A stretch of DNA of 64,000 nt, taken from assembly GCF_004010195.1 (NCBI RefSeq), contig NC_057734.1, positions 28,955,990 to 29,019,989 on the forward strand, written 5' to 3'. Positions 1-12,499 of the stretch are shown here, piece after piece; position 1 is the first letter of the stretch; each line of letters begins with the position of its first letter. The stretch is from Chiloscyllium plagiosum. Its lineage: Eukaryota. The notes beneath the pieces are model-generated. The model had not been told where the DNA came from, made no database searches, and worked only from the letters and a program-made list of their open reading frames with translations. A program made the translations under genes and the position numbers.

Positions 1-58
1 CCTGCTGCGCTTTTCCAGCAACACATTTCCATCTCTGATCTCCAGCATCTCCTCACCT
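1..58 (+). mobile_element. PLE family A 3' end, truncated by window edge
   Basis: cctgctgcgcttttccagcaacacattt...ctctgatctccagcatct matches the terminus of the family A copy at 53610-53691. Confidence 0.8.
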
Positions 59-60
59 CT

Positions 61-415
61 TGTTGGCCTATCTACATATTGTGTCAGGAAACCCTCCTGC
101 ACACATTGGACAAACACTGACCCATCTAACGAACTTGAGCTATAGCTTTCCCAATCAATATCAGGAAAGTTACAGTCCCCCATAACAACCACCCAATTAC
201 TTTCACTCTTCTCTCGAATCATCCTCGCAATCCTTTCTTCTACGATTCTAGGACTACTAGGAGGTCTGTAAAAGACTCCTAACAGGGTGAGCTCACCTTT
301 CCTATTCCTAACCTCAGCCCAAACTACCTCAGATGGCGAGTCTTCAACCATCGACCTTTCCACCGCTGTAATACTATCTTTGACAAGCAATGTTACACCT
401 CCCCCTCTTTTACCC
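61..415 (-). mobile_element. CR1-type LINE ORF2 fragment, APE endonuclease domain
   Basis: Minus strand reads VVVMGDCNFPDIDWESYSSSSLDGSVFVQCVQEGFLTQYVDRPT (GDFN-like motif and the CR1 LTQxVxxPT motif). Confidence 0.8.
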
Positions 416-419
416 CCAC

Positions 420-862
420 CATACAAGCATGGTGACAAGCCAGGCAAATACTTAGCATACCTTGCCAGAAAGAGAAGTGCCCCACAAACCATTACAGCGA
501 TTAGGGAAGGGTCTGGGAACCTAACATGTGATTCTAAAAAGATTAATGTGGCATTCCAGAGATTCTACTCTAAGTTATATCAGTCTGAGAATTGCGAGGA
601 GGGGCAGGCCAAAATGGAATCCTTTTTTAGAGACCTGAAGCTTCCGGGTGTGACTCCCGAACAACAGTCCTTTCTCAATGCCCCATTATCAGAGCAAGAA
701 GTGCAGGAAGCTGTGAGGCAACTTCAGAGTGGAAAGGCGCCCAGTCCTGATGGACTTACCAGTGAATTCTATAAGGAATTTATAAGTATACTGTCAGGCC
801 CAATGCTGAATATGTTTAATGATTCATACAGTCATGTTTGTCTCCCACCATCTCTGAGAAAA
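420..862 (+). mobile_element. L1-clade LINE ORF2 fragment (EN-RT linker and start of RT)
   Basis: YKHGDKPGKYLAYLARK...FQRFYSKLY...LQSGKAPSPDGLTSEFYKEF: typical L1-clade GDK/KLLA, FYxxLY and KAPGPDG-EFYK motifs. Confidence 0.8.
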
Positions 863-1343
863 CTCTTTTGGAATTTATAGCAGAATGTTAGGATCAATAT
901 ACATTGCTTTGCACAAATTGGAGTCTAACTGTTCAAACCAAACATCAGAATATGGTTTGCATCTACTTTTGTTTATCATATTGACCAAATCCCTCCATAC
1001 ACAATATATTTTAAGTGACAGATGTAGAAAAGAATAACTGGCAGACATGTGCCTTCCCCCAGTGGATATGTTAACTTTGTTGTTCCATTCCATTCAAACT
1101 TCTACAGCTTATGAAAAACATCAGATCTTTCTTGGCTGTTCCTAATGAATACTTTCAGTGCTAAGTAATAACAGTGTGACAAATAATGACAATGTGACTA
1201 GGGACTGGCCATAAATGTTGGTGTGCCAACGATGCCCACATTCCACAAAAGAATGAATAAATTTTTTTAAAATGTTTTGTGGACAAAAATAACAAAAAAC
1301 ATTTATTTCTTGTGAGGTAACAGATGCAAACTCTTTCTATTCT

Positions 1344-1512
1344 AGTTAAAAATCACACAACACCAGGTTATAGGCCAACACGTTTAATTGGATGCACGAG
1401 CTTTCGGAGCGCTCCAAAAAGCTAGTTCTTCCAATTAAACCTATTGGACTATAACCTGGTGTTGTGTGATTTTTAACTTTGTACACCTCAGTCTAATACT
1501 GGCATCTCCAAA
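1344..1512 (+). mobile_element. PLE family B mini hairpin insertion
   Basis: Inverted arms ~1344-1410 / ~1411-1478, unpaired tail 1479-1512, TSD tctttctattct at 1332-1343 and 1513-1524. Confidence 0.85.
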
Positions 1513-1587
1513 TCTTTCTATTCTGTCGCCAATTGTTCCACTTCCTACCTCCACACTGCTTGGCTAATGACCTAGATGGACTGAGGG

Positions 1588-1938
1588 CATTGTTGTGAAG
1601 TTTGCCAATGACACAAAGCTAGGCAGCATTTATCTAAATTAAACTCCATCTGCCACTCCTCAGCCCACTGGCCATCTGATCAAGATCCTGTTGTAATCTG
1701 AGATAACCTTCTTCACTGTCCACTGCACCTCCAATTTTGGTGTCATCTGCAAACTTACTAACTCATTGTTGTGAAGTTTGCCAATGACACAAAGCTAGGC
1801 AGCATTTATTTAAATTAAACTCCATCTGCCACTCCTCAGCCCACTGGCCATCTGATCAAGATCCTATTGTAATCTGAGATAACCTTTTCACTGTCCACTG
1901 CACCTCCAATTTTGGTGTCATCTGCAAACTTACTAACT
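1588..1938. repeat. Tandem duplication (176/175 bp) of a head-to-head CR1 RT junction
   Basis: 1588-1763 and 1764-1938 are nearly identical; each unit is plus-strand KFANDTKLG followed by minus-strand KFADDTKIGG sequence. Confidence 0.9.
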
Positions 1939-2535
1939 GTACCTCTTATGCTGACATCCCAATCATTTAAGATTGATCATGATTTTACCTTAATTATAAA
2001 ATATATGTGCTAAGAAATGTCTGAGCCACTATCACCAATTCCACCCACCTCCAGAGAAATCATATTTCCTTCTTCAGCAGTGGGATGTTCTCAAAACTGT
2101 CAATCTAGTTCAGTTCAGTGGTCTTTGGCAATTAATATAATATGTTGCTCTTATGCTAAAAGCATGCAACAAATACAAAACATTTGCAATGATGAACTAT
2201 GATATAATTACACTAATTAAAACAACCTTTTTGTGAAGCAAGTTTTGATGGGTAGATTTGAAAGAAATGTTTTACTTAGAAGCAGAAATTCATGTTTGAA
2301 GGCAACAGGCTCTCGCTGTAGAATGCTTCCAATACACATGTTTGCTGAAGTACTACTCAAGTGGAGTCTTCAAAGAAAAGTGTCAATTTGATAGCTGCAG
2401 CCAAGCAACCATCAATAGCTGACAGAGATAATGAGATTGAGAAATACCAGCTCATGCACCACAGTCAGCTGAAATGCAGGAACATTCATATCAGGAAGAA
2501 TAGACCCAGAAGGTCAATCATCCAAGGTCCAAATA

Positions 2536-2579
2536 ACTGTTGGACTGTAACCTGGCATTGTGTGATTTTTAACTTTGTC
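2536..2579 (+). mobile_element. PLE family B short tail-less arm fragment
   Basis: tgttggactgtaacctggcattgtgtgatttttaactttgtc matches the family B arm end. Confidence 0.7.
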
Positions 2580-4304
2580 AATCATCTAAGCAGCAGGCAG
2601 TTTTACTTCTTCCTGAGGTTGGTGAGCCGCACAGAGATAAAGTGCAGGGAGGAGGATAATATACTTTAAACAGAATTCTTTTCATAGATATCTTTGAGAA
2701 GTCATAAAATGGACTCAATAATTATTGGAGTATGTTCACACTGAAGACAGGCTACACCATTGGATTATTGGGAGGATGAGCCCAGTGCAAGAGTCGAGTG
2801 GCTGACCCCTATTGTTTCTATTCTAAACAACATGATCTGATCAATAAATCCAAAGGATATTTGGGTGAATTCATTATGGAACAAAAAAATCAGGAAAGTG
2901 GTAAGTTTGAAAAAAATGGCCAAAGGAAGTGACAATTGGGAAGGTGCGTGGCAAAGTAAATTTAGCACTGTTTAGTTTTGAGCTTAACACAAATTGCAGG
3001 ACACTAGCAAACTAAGTGAGGAAGAATTGGCACTGGGAGATTTAGAAGGAACCTGAGTTTGATTTTGATAAGCCATTTTCATTGTCAAAGTATATTTGAT
3101 GAAGTAATTTACAAACAATAAAAAAGAGGATGGTTTTACAACGGCCTTCATGGTTTATTCAGGAGGTAGTTGAACCGTACAAACCATCCTAGGTTCAATC
3201 ACTGGCCACTTTGAGACAGGTGATATGAAGTGAATGAACATTAGGGATGCTAACATCTCTCTTAGAACTCCTGGACTAAAATGAAAGCAGTTGCCTAGGG
3301 GTCCTAAACCCGGTCACCATCCAACAACCTGCGTTGGAAGTATGTGCATGTGGGAATGTTGCAGCTCAGCTGTGACCCGAATCTATGTTGCAATGTTCTG
3401 CTGACACCACTATCAAGGCAAACATGTGAATAGGGGCCACTTCAGCTGCAGGACTGGAGGGCTGTTGGCATTTGTGGAATTGCATTGTACTGAACAATTA
3501 ACACCACTAAGAGATGCTTCGAGGTGAGTAAAATGTTGATGGAAAAAATATCCTGTTTTCAGTTTTGACCCTTGTGTCACAAATATATACATTTTGATTA
3601 GTAATGATAGAGAAGAGAGCACTATGATTGAGTATCAGAGAGACTGAACTTGGAAGACAGATGGGAGAATCTAATAGGCTCTAGGAAAAAAACTGGTTCA
3701 GAAAGTATTCTACTTGGGTAGGTGATGCAAATTATTTGATGTTACAGAAGTTGGAATCAAAAGACATCAAGAGAAAATAGAGAAAACCAAATTAAGGACA
3801 GATGCTTAGAATACTTATTTTACATAAAAGCATGATGAATAGTTAATTGAATGTACAAGATATTAAATGTACAAAAGGGATGAGCGACAATGGCTTGAAA
3901 GTCAGCTCTTATCCATAAGATTTGATGTACTATATTGAATATTACAAGACCAGAGATTACCTCATTCAAGGAGTAATTTCATTACTACCTTGCAATGGTA
4001 ACAAGAGTCAGGATGATCCAGATTTGATCAGGCATTTTTTTCCATAATTGCTTTGGGTTTGTCACCCCTACCAGAAATGATTGCAAATAGATGAGAGCGT
4101 AGTCCGAGGCATTAATCATTATAATTATATGGGCAAGCCAGATGGATCAGTAGATGTTTTCCTATCTGGTATTCTACACATTTGCAGATATGCATTACAG
4201 TAGTGTTGTGATTATATTTATTTTTCTTGTCCAGAATCGATATACATAGAGATAGTTTATTTGGTATCTTTAATACTCTGCTTCCTATTTTCTAAAAAAA
4301 AAAC

Positions 4305-4440
4305 AAAGACTTGAAAGTTTACATCGCATTTTTCATAACTTTGGGATGTTTCACAGCAATTTACAGGCAGTGGAGTGCATTAGAAGTCTAGTCACCGCTG
4401 TAATGTAGAGAGCACAGCAATCAAATTGCATGCAGCAAGA
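4305..4440 (-). mobile_element. Deu-domain SINE (SacSINE1-like) 3' fragment
   Basis: Resembles the 3' end of the copy at 42140-42550. Confidence 0.45.
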
Positions 4441-4444
4441 TCAT

Positions 4445-4880
4445 TGCTTTGAATTCATCTCCAATCTCCAGCTATACTTACTTTTTCTACTATACCTATC
4501 TTTAACCAACTTTCAATCCAATGCTGCTAATGGCCCATAATCCTAAACATATCTAATTTACTAACCAACCTGCCATGTGGCATGATATCAAATGTCTGAA
4601 AGTCCAAATATACAACATGCACAGCACTAACCTCATCTACTGCAAGTGTCACCTTGTCAAAGAACTCAATCAAATTTGTTAGACTTGACCTGTCCTTGAC
4701 AAAGCCCATGTTGATTGTCAAATATTAACTTATTTTCCTCCAGGTGTATATTTACCTTATCATGTATTTTGGCCTCTATCAGATTTCCCATCATTGTTAT
4801 CAAGCTGACAGGTCTGTAGTTTCCTAGATGAGCCTTTCCTAAACAATGGTGTCACATTGGCAATTCTCTCGTCCCTGGGA
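4445..4880 (-). mobile_element. CR1 LINE RT fragment
   Basis: GFVKDRSSLTNLIEFFDKVT...VVYLDFQTFDIMPHGRL (ORF 4527-4721). Confidence 0.85.
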
Positions 4881-4949
4881 GTAATCTAGTTTTTCAATCC
4901 GTTTCTTCTTGAGGTTTCATTTTTCTCTCTCCACATCTGGAAGCTGAGA

Positions 4950-6230
4950 TTTTCATTCCACTAACCAGAAGGAAGTGAAGTACTCCATTTTTTCTTTCAT
5001 ATTCACTTCAGGAAGTGTTTCTTGAGCAGTCTGCTGCAGGTACGGCTGTATCTGTGATATTTGACTGCTTCCATACTGGTAAACCTGCAATGCTGATGAT
5101 GGAGAACATCTGTGACATCGAGGCAGAATTTTACAAGTTCCATTCTGCACATGGGGTTGGTGAACTATTGTATGTTGAAAGTTTGAGTTTTGTAGATTAT
5201 CTTGTCTGTGGGCACAGGATTGTTGGAATCATACGAATAGTATATTGGTACTCATCCCTACATCAATCTTAACAGTTACAAATTTTCTGAAGACAGCTCA
5301 TGTCAACTTTTATAAACACTTCAGATGGTGAAATCATGTTCATGTTTTCAACAAGAATGACTGTGAAACATGTGTTCACCACTGTCTCATTGTGCACAAT
5401 GATCAATGATTGCTGTTTGCTTCATGTGTCAGATATCAGATGGCCATTTTGTAACCTGGAGATACTGCTTGTGTGCAGTTTCTTTGGGTTGATACATGGC
5501 TCCTTGTAGCTGTATCAGATTTTGCTCTGGTGTGGTGGCACAGTGGTTAGCACTGCTACCTCACAGCGCCAGAGACCCGGGTTCAATTCCTGCCTCAGGC
5601 GACTCTCTGTGTGGAGTTCGCACATTCCCTCTGTGTGGGTTTCCTCCTGCAATCCAAAAATGTGCAGGTTAGGTGAATTGGCCATGCTAAATTGCCCGTA
5701 GTGTTAGGGGAATTGGTCTGGGTGGGTTGCACTTCAGCGGGTCGGTGTGGACTTGTTGGGCCGAAGGGCCTGTTTTCACACTGTAAGTAATCTAAAAATT
5801 CTTAGCCACAAGCCTTCATAGATTCACGAAAACTGTGCACTCCTCGGTGCATGCAGAAGACACACATTCAACATGTCTTGCTATTTTTGCCCGTTCTACT
5901 ATTGAGTCAACCAAGAAGTTTGTAATTAGGATCTGCAAACCTTCATCAACCTGTGAGGATTTTTTCGAGCATTAGTTGATCCTTCAGCAATTCTCCATGC
6001 TGCAAGTTTTCAGCTTGTCACGATAATCTTTCTGAAAAGCTAACATTGGAGTGGATGCAATCACATGGACAAGCTCTCCATCTAAAATCTCAAACGATGC
6101 AACTTTTCTCTGCATTTATTCACATGTAACCTACAGACTCTGTAGATTTCTGTCTAAGTAACATGAGTTCTTGTTGATGAAGTTTAAACTGAGGTGGTTT
6201 TCTAATATGGGAAGCATAAAATGCACACTT
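4950..6230 (-). mobile_element. Degraded Gypsy-type LTR retrotransposon gag-protease region, interrupted by an HE1 SINE
   Basis: Minus strand gives gag-like ELMLLRQKSTES and VIASTPMLAFQKD, a decayed zinc knuckle next to the SINE, and protease-like VKIDVGMSTNIL (DTG-like); many stops and frameshifts. Confidence 0.5.
5527..5795 (+). mobile_element. HE1-type tRNA-derived SINE
   Basis: Head gtggttagcactgctacctcacagcgccagagacccgggttcaattcc (A/B boxes) and HER1-like tail ccgaagggcctgttt...gtaatcta. Confidence 0.9.
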
Positions 6231-6699
6231 AGACCATCGGAGTTTGTAAATCAGTGGGGCGGATTAGATATGATGTTGCTGTCATCCTCAATCCCTTCAG
6301 CCCATCGACTGGGCACTGTTTCAGTCATGACCTCACTACTATCTCTGCTGCTGGAATCAGGTCAAATGTAGCAGTGCTGTTTCCCTGCTGGTTAGGTGCT
6401 GCTACTTCTGGTTATGCACCAGGTTTTCCTGCGAACATGTGTCAGTCAGTATGGTGCAATGTGATTGGGCGAAGCTGAGAGGTGTGGATATGAGGTTTGC
6501 AGTGATGCTCAGTGTATGAGGTGTGAGCCAAGTTCCTATTGTTAGTTATCAGCCACTTTTGCGAGAGAATGTTGGTTAGTTTATGAAGGGGAGTAAAGAA
6601 CAGAGAAGTGTGTGAGGCGAGTGAAACTTCTTCTTCCCAGCACTTGATCAAGTCAAAATACAAGTTCCCTTTAAGAGATGCAGGTTAGCTTTAAGTAAT

Positions 6700-6838
6700 A
6701 AAAGCAAAAGATTATGGATGCTGAAAACCTGAAATAAAAACAGAAAGTGGTGGAGAAACTCAGCAAGTCTGGCAGCATCCGTGGAGAGAGAAACAGAGTT
6801 AATGTTTTGAGTGCAGTACAATTCTTCTTCTGAACTCT
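6700..6838 (-). mobile_element. Old PLE family A-related terminus
   Basis: Minus strand gctgccagacttgctgagtttctccaccactttctg...ttcagcatc with a decayed hammerhead (cagaaga...caaaacatta). Confidence 0.6.
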
Positions 6839-6989
6839 AACTTTATGTATTACTTGCTTTTCACAGCTGTGTACTCCATGCACACATGTACTCAACCAGT
6901 CAGCCATCCCTATCCCCAGTTGCACGCTTTAATCACAATAATAAGCATGTAGCACAATGTTTGCAAACTCTCCACATCAGAGGGAATGG

Positions 6990-7290
6990 GCACAAATTAA
7001 TTGCATTTCACAATCCTCACGCCTATTTCCAGACTTCATTAAATTTTGAAGCCAGCTGTCGTTATAAAAAAAGGAATGTAAATACAATCCAAGACACTGA
7101 GAAAACTGCTCTTCCTCACATAGTACCACGTAATCTTTTATATCCAGCCGAGCTTAATATCGTAACTGAATGGTTATCCCTCTGACAGTGCAGCACTCCA
7201 TCAGTAATGGATTGGACCCTCAGACTAGATTTGGCACCTGCAACATCTAACTCAAATATTAGCATGCTTCCACTGGATCACAATTAAAAC
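6990..7290 (-). mobile_element. Deu-domain SINE, degraded
   Basis: ctctgacagtgcagcactccatcagta is the reverse complement of the Deu core gggagtgctgcactgtc. Confidence 0.6.
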
Positions 7291-8289
7291 AAAACTTTTT
7301 TTTGATCATCTATAATTGGGCTGAGCATCCCAAGAATAAATTTAAAATAAGACTTGTTAACTATATTTGCTTTTTTGGCATTCCATCATATTCAATGTGT
7401 TAATTTAGTAATTAGTCCTTTCATCAGCCTTAGATTTACAAAGCGTAAATTCTTTGTTTGCTAATTTTCACATTGTGCATTAATTTCTTTTTATACCTTT
7501 CATCCACTTGGCAGTAGTACAAGAAATGAATTTAGACAGGTTGAAAGGTGCCTGTACTATACCATAGATATGAGAAACCAAAACTGGTGTAAGCATGGGA
7601 GCTTGCCCCAGTGGGATTCCACAATCCAGAAAAGAAATATGAGAATTCTGAAGTACGGTTAATTTGTAGTGTCAACAAATGACTTGTAACTCCCAAACCA
7701 CTTAAGTAATTTTGAATTAGTAATGTTCCATCAAATCGATAATATTTTATTCTTTGTAAATTTTAGATCCCACGTCCTTGCTACAATTTTAGGTGCAATA
7801 TGTTAAAAGGTTAAAACAGCAAGCCTACAAGCCAATAGCTTTCTTCAACTTGCAGACAGAGCCATCAACAATTGGAACCTTAATGATAGATGCTCAATCA
7901 CTCCTGATCGTGAATTTGCACATTACGCTACAATAATGCTACTATTTTTTGAAACAGATTAGAAAATTTAATATAACTAGAAATATCATAAAACTAGAAC
8001 AGTACATCCACAAAGGTGATTTGGGACTTCAACATTTGCTGATATCTTTTTGAAGCCAAGGATAAGTAATGCCACAGCACCAGTTCTCCTTCATGCCAGG
8101 ATTGCACTCAACAGAAAATGTTATGCTCTCATTCTAAAGAAAAAAGGAACAGGAAATGTAGATTATCGCTCACATTACGAACATTTATTTGGTAAAAATT
8201 GAGTCATAGCATGAATTTCCAGAACATTTCAATTCTTATTCAATTATCAAGAGACATCCCTTTACTCTCACTGATAAAGGTGTGAAGTC

Positions 8290-8760
8290 TCCAATTTCGT
8301 TTTGATTTCCATTACCCTGCCCTGATTCTATTGAACTTAATCCTCTTATTTAACCAAAAGAACATATTCATGTCAGTTTTAATATTTTCAATTGATGCAG
8401 GCTCAACAGCATTTTCAAGGACAGGTTTCCAGATTTTCACTGTTCTCTGGTTAAAGCACTTTTTCACATCACCCTTGAATGCTCTAGCTTTAATTTTAAG
8501 GTTACATACCTTTGTTATGGATTCCATCAGAGGGGATCAATTTTCCCTGTATACCCGATCACCTCCCGTCAACAACTCAATGAAATCACCCTGAATCTTC
8601 TATACAAGCCTGATCTATGTGACATGTCCACAAACTTTAACCCTTTCGGCACTTAGGCAGAATAATGTGACACCCAATCCAAGGCTAATTTGCCCTTCCT
8701 GCACAGAACAGGATGCCCTATTCGACATGGGGTCCATATAGAATTATAACATTGTTCATG
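8290..8760 (-). mobile_element. Old CR1 LINE 3' region
   Basis: LKIKARAFKGDVKKCFNQRTVKIWK...NIKTDMNMF, CR1 C-terminal FFxQRVVxxWNxL motif. Confidence 0.75.
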
Positions 8761-8814
8761 AAAAACAGGCATCATGTAGCACCTAAATCCAATTTTGTCC
8801 ATTATTCACATTCA

Positions 8815-10207
8815 CAGATTTGTATCATCAATAGCCACAGATGAGGTGCCAGAGACTGGAGGTTGGCTCATGCGGTGCCACTATTGAAGACAGGTGGTAA
8901 GGAAAAGCCAGGGAATTATAGACCAGTGAGCCTGACATTGGTGGTGGGCATGTTGGAGGGCATTGGTGGAGGGAATCCTGAGGGAGAGGATTCATATGTT
9001 TTGAAAGGCAAGGACTGATTAGGGATAGTCAATGTGGCTTTGAGCATGGGAGATCATATCTCACTAATTTAATCAAGGTTTTTGAAGAAGTAACGAAGAG
9101 GACTGATGAAAACAAGACAGGTGGACGTGATCTATATAGACTTGAGTAAGGCTTTCAACAAGGTTCCTTGTGGTAGACTGATTGGCAAGAATCTGGATTA
9201 GTGGTGCTGGAAGAGCACAGCAGTTCAGGCAGCATCCAAAGAGCCTGAACTGCTGTGCTCTTCCAGCACCACTAATCCAGAATCTGGTTTCCAGCATCTG
9301 CAGTCATTGTTTTTACCTACCTGATTGGCAAGAATACATCACATGGAGTAGAAGGAGAACCAGCCACTTGGATACAAAACTGGCTCAAAGGTAGAAGACA
9401 GAGGGTGATGGTGGAAGGCTATTTTTCAGATTGGAGGGCTGTGACCAGTGGTGTTTCATAAGGATTGGTGCTGCGTCCACTGCCTTTTGTCATTTAGATA
9501 AATGCTTTAGGTGTGAACAGAGGAGGTGTAGTTAGGAAGTTTGCAGATGACACCAAAATCAGAGGTGTAGTGAAAAGTGAAGGTTACCTTAGATTAACAT
9601 GGGATCTTGATCAGATGGGCCAATGGGCTGAGGAGTGACAGATGGAGTTTAATTTAGGTAAATGTGAGGTGCTGCATTTTGGAAAGGCAAATCAGGGCAA
9701 GACGCTTAATGGTCAGGTCCTAGGGAGAGTTGCTGAACAAAGAGATCTTGGAGTGCAGGTTCATAGCTCCTTGAATGTGGAGTCACATGTAGATAGGATA
9801 GTGAAGAAGGTGTTTGGTACGCTTTCCTTTATTGGTCAGTGCATTGAGTATAGGGGTTAGGAGGTCACGTTGTGGCTGTACAGGATATTGGTTAGGCCAC
9901 TATTGGAATGCCACATGCAATTCTGATCTCCCTGCTTTAGGAAGGACGTTGTAAAACTTGAAAGGGTTCAGAGAAGATTTACAAGGATGTTGCCAGGGTT
10001 GGAGGGTTTGGGCTATAGGGAGAGGCTGAATAGGCTAGGGATGTTTTCCCAGGAGCATCAGAGGTTGAGGGGGGAACCTGATAGACATTTATAAAATCAT
10101 GAGTGGCATGGATAGGGCAAATAGACAATGTCTTTTCTCTGGGGTGAGGTATTCAAAGCTAGAGGCCGTAGGTTTAAGGTGAGAAGGGAAAGATTTAAAA
10201 GGGTCCC
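8815..10207 (+). mobile_element. HER1/CR1 LINE ORF2 RT region, 5'-truncated, carrying a nested PLE hairpin
   Basis: PEDWR...GNYRPVSLT, KFADDTKI and KCEVLHFG motifs; highly similar to 24822-26418. Confidence 0.9.
9193..9320 (+). mobile_element. PLE family A mini hairpin (128 bp)
   Basis: Perfect 38-bp arms 9193-9230 / 9243-9280, tail 9281-9320, perfect TSD ctgattggcaagaat at 9178-9192 and 9321-9335. Confidence 0.9.
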
Positions 10208-10224
10208 ACAAAATGTGATGCAGC

Positions 10225-10540
10225 AAATAACCTCAGCTCTTTTGACAATATCATCTAAATTCATGACCTTTAACACCTAGAGGACTAGAGCAGCAAACAC
10301 ATGGGAACATCAGCAGCTGCAAGTTTGTTTCCAAATCATATGGCACATTCAGTTGGAAATATATGGCCATTCCTTCACTGTCAAAATCCTGCAACACCTT
10401 TCCAAACAGCTTTATGTGTGTACTTTCACCAGAGTGACTGCAGCAGTTCAAGAATGGGGTTCTTAAGGGCAGAAAGGGACAGACAATAAATAATTGGCAT
10501 TGCCAGAGATGCCTACAATCTATTAAAGAATAAAACCAAA
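10225..10540 (+). mobile_element. 3' region of an abundant shark non-LTR family (CR1/L2 group, here family X)
   Basis: catgggaacatcagcagctgcaagttt...gcagcagttcaaga...aagggcag...aataaat; recurs near 1195, 18.4-19.4 kb, 22.1-23.0 kb, 35 kb and 52 kb. Confidence 0.6.
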
Positions 10541-11734
10541 AATAGAGGAGCTTAGGAAAGGAATTCCAGAAAGTAGGGCCTAAATGACTGAGGGCGTAGA
10601 CATTATTGGTGAAGCAAAAATGGTGCAGATGTACAAAAGACCGGAATTAGAAGAATCAAAAGACAGGGAGAGGTGAGGCAACAGAGTGATGTAAACATGA
10701 GAATGAAGATTGTTTAATTTGACCTGTTGGACTGAAGGATCTGTTTCTGTGTGATCTAACTCAATGACTCTATGATTGGGAACCAATGAAAGTCAGCCAC
10801 AACAGACGAGTCAAGTTTATTCAGGAAGAGGTTGTGACTCTTTCTTGGAGATTCTGGAATAGTCAAGTCATGGTATAAGTGGGAGTTTCAACAGTAGGAG
10901 GTTCATAGGGCAGAAGTGAATAATGTTAAAAAGGTGGAAAGCGGTGGTCTCTGGTAGAAAGGAGATGGGGTTAGAAGCTAGCTAAGGGTTGTCTGGAATG
11001 CCAATGTTATAAACAATCTAATTCAGCCTGAGATAGTAGCTCAGGGTGGTGCTGGTACTATTGACAAGTAATTTGTGGCAAGGTTGTGATGATTGTGGTC
11101 TGCATAATGCTTAGTTAGAAGAAACTGTTGCTTATTAAAGACTTAATGACAGCAAGAACTATGGTACAGCTGATGATCAGAGTGCCTCATGGGAAAGGTG
11201 ATCCCATGCTTGTAAATTACATGGCAAAGGAAGAATAGATAAGAAAAGGAGGTCAAGGATAGATATTATTGCAATAGCAAAAATACAATACTGCTAAAGA
11301 AATGCTGCCTTTTCAAATGCTTAATCTCCAGATATCGTAACTATACAAAAAGAACATACATCAAGGATTATATGCAAAGTTATCACTTTGCTGCACAATT
11401 ACACAGCTATCGAAATGGTCCCCCTCCAGGCCAAGCACCAGTTAGCCCCTTTAACTGACCATGTGTACATATCCACATATACACACTTTAAAGAACCCAT
11501 GCACTTAAATTAATAGGACACATAACAAAAGATTAAAGAGAATGTTTCTTATAAACAGGAATAACAATTAGGTTACACCTTTATGCTTTCCAAAGCAATT
11601 TTCTTTGTTTATTTTCAGTAATTACTTTTATTATAATCGACCTTGCAGCTCTGGTGTGTCTATGACTGTCTCTGTATTCAAACTGTACCATCTTAAATCA
11701 AATTACACAAGACACTAATTAACATGTTGCCCTT

Positions 11735-12030
11735 CCAGTAATGATGCTGTGTACCCTTCGAGTATCCTCACACTAATGATCCATGCTCTTACACCTAACA
11801 TTGTGTGGTTTCACTAACAATTATGCATACCCTCAACTTTGATGTATGCTCTTGTACTTAATGAGTGTTTTTACACCAATTACGATGTGTACCTTCATAT
11901 TAATGTGTGCCCTGACATCTATGCAACAAGTCCCTATACCAGTGACATATGCTTCCATTATAATCTCGGTAAATCATCTTGCAGTAGTAAGTGTACACCA
12001 TCAATGATGTATTTTTTCCTTCATACAACA
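11735..12030. repeat. Degenerate ~19-21 bp minisatellite
   Basis: Repeated variants of cactaatgatgtgtaccct (e.g. agtaatgatgctgtgtaccct, cactaatgatccatgctctt, attacgatgtgtaccttc, attaatgtgtgccctg). Confidence 0.5.
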
Positions 12031-12499
12031 ATAATTTGTGACCATAAACAAATCAGAAATGTTTTGTGAAGCTTTTAATGGCATTCAATGGCATTCAAGT
12101 GTTGGATTTCACAGAGGATAGCAATCTTCAAATTCAATTTGATTTCTAAACACAAAGGCAGTAACGTATTCTTGAACTAAAATGTAGGATATGCAGGATG
12201 CAAAAAAGTTCTATGACTATACAAAGCAGTCCAGCAAAAAGTTTTTAATTTTTTTTTCCTATACCAAGCAAGTAGGGAAAATTGGAAATGATGGGGTCTG
12301 CAGAAATCACAACAACGCCCCATGTAATTGCAAAATATCTAAACAAGGCCAAAACACCACTTGAAATGAAAAGTATAGCTTTCACTAATCGTTCGATTGA
12401 ACAGTTACTGCTCTGATTTTGACTGATATCTAAAATAGAACTGCTACAAATATTGTAGTATTGATATTTGGTGAATAGCTCCTAATGCAATGAGTAAAC

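Noticed and set aside
287-880. 197-aa ORF as a real gene or fusion protein
   Set aside because: The N-terminal part is the antisense of a CR1 endonuclease fragment and the rest is an L1 ORF2 piece; an accidental read-through junction
11735-12030. CRISPR array
   Set aside because: Vertebrate context, degenerate contiguous units and no cas genes
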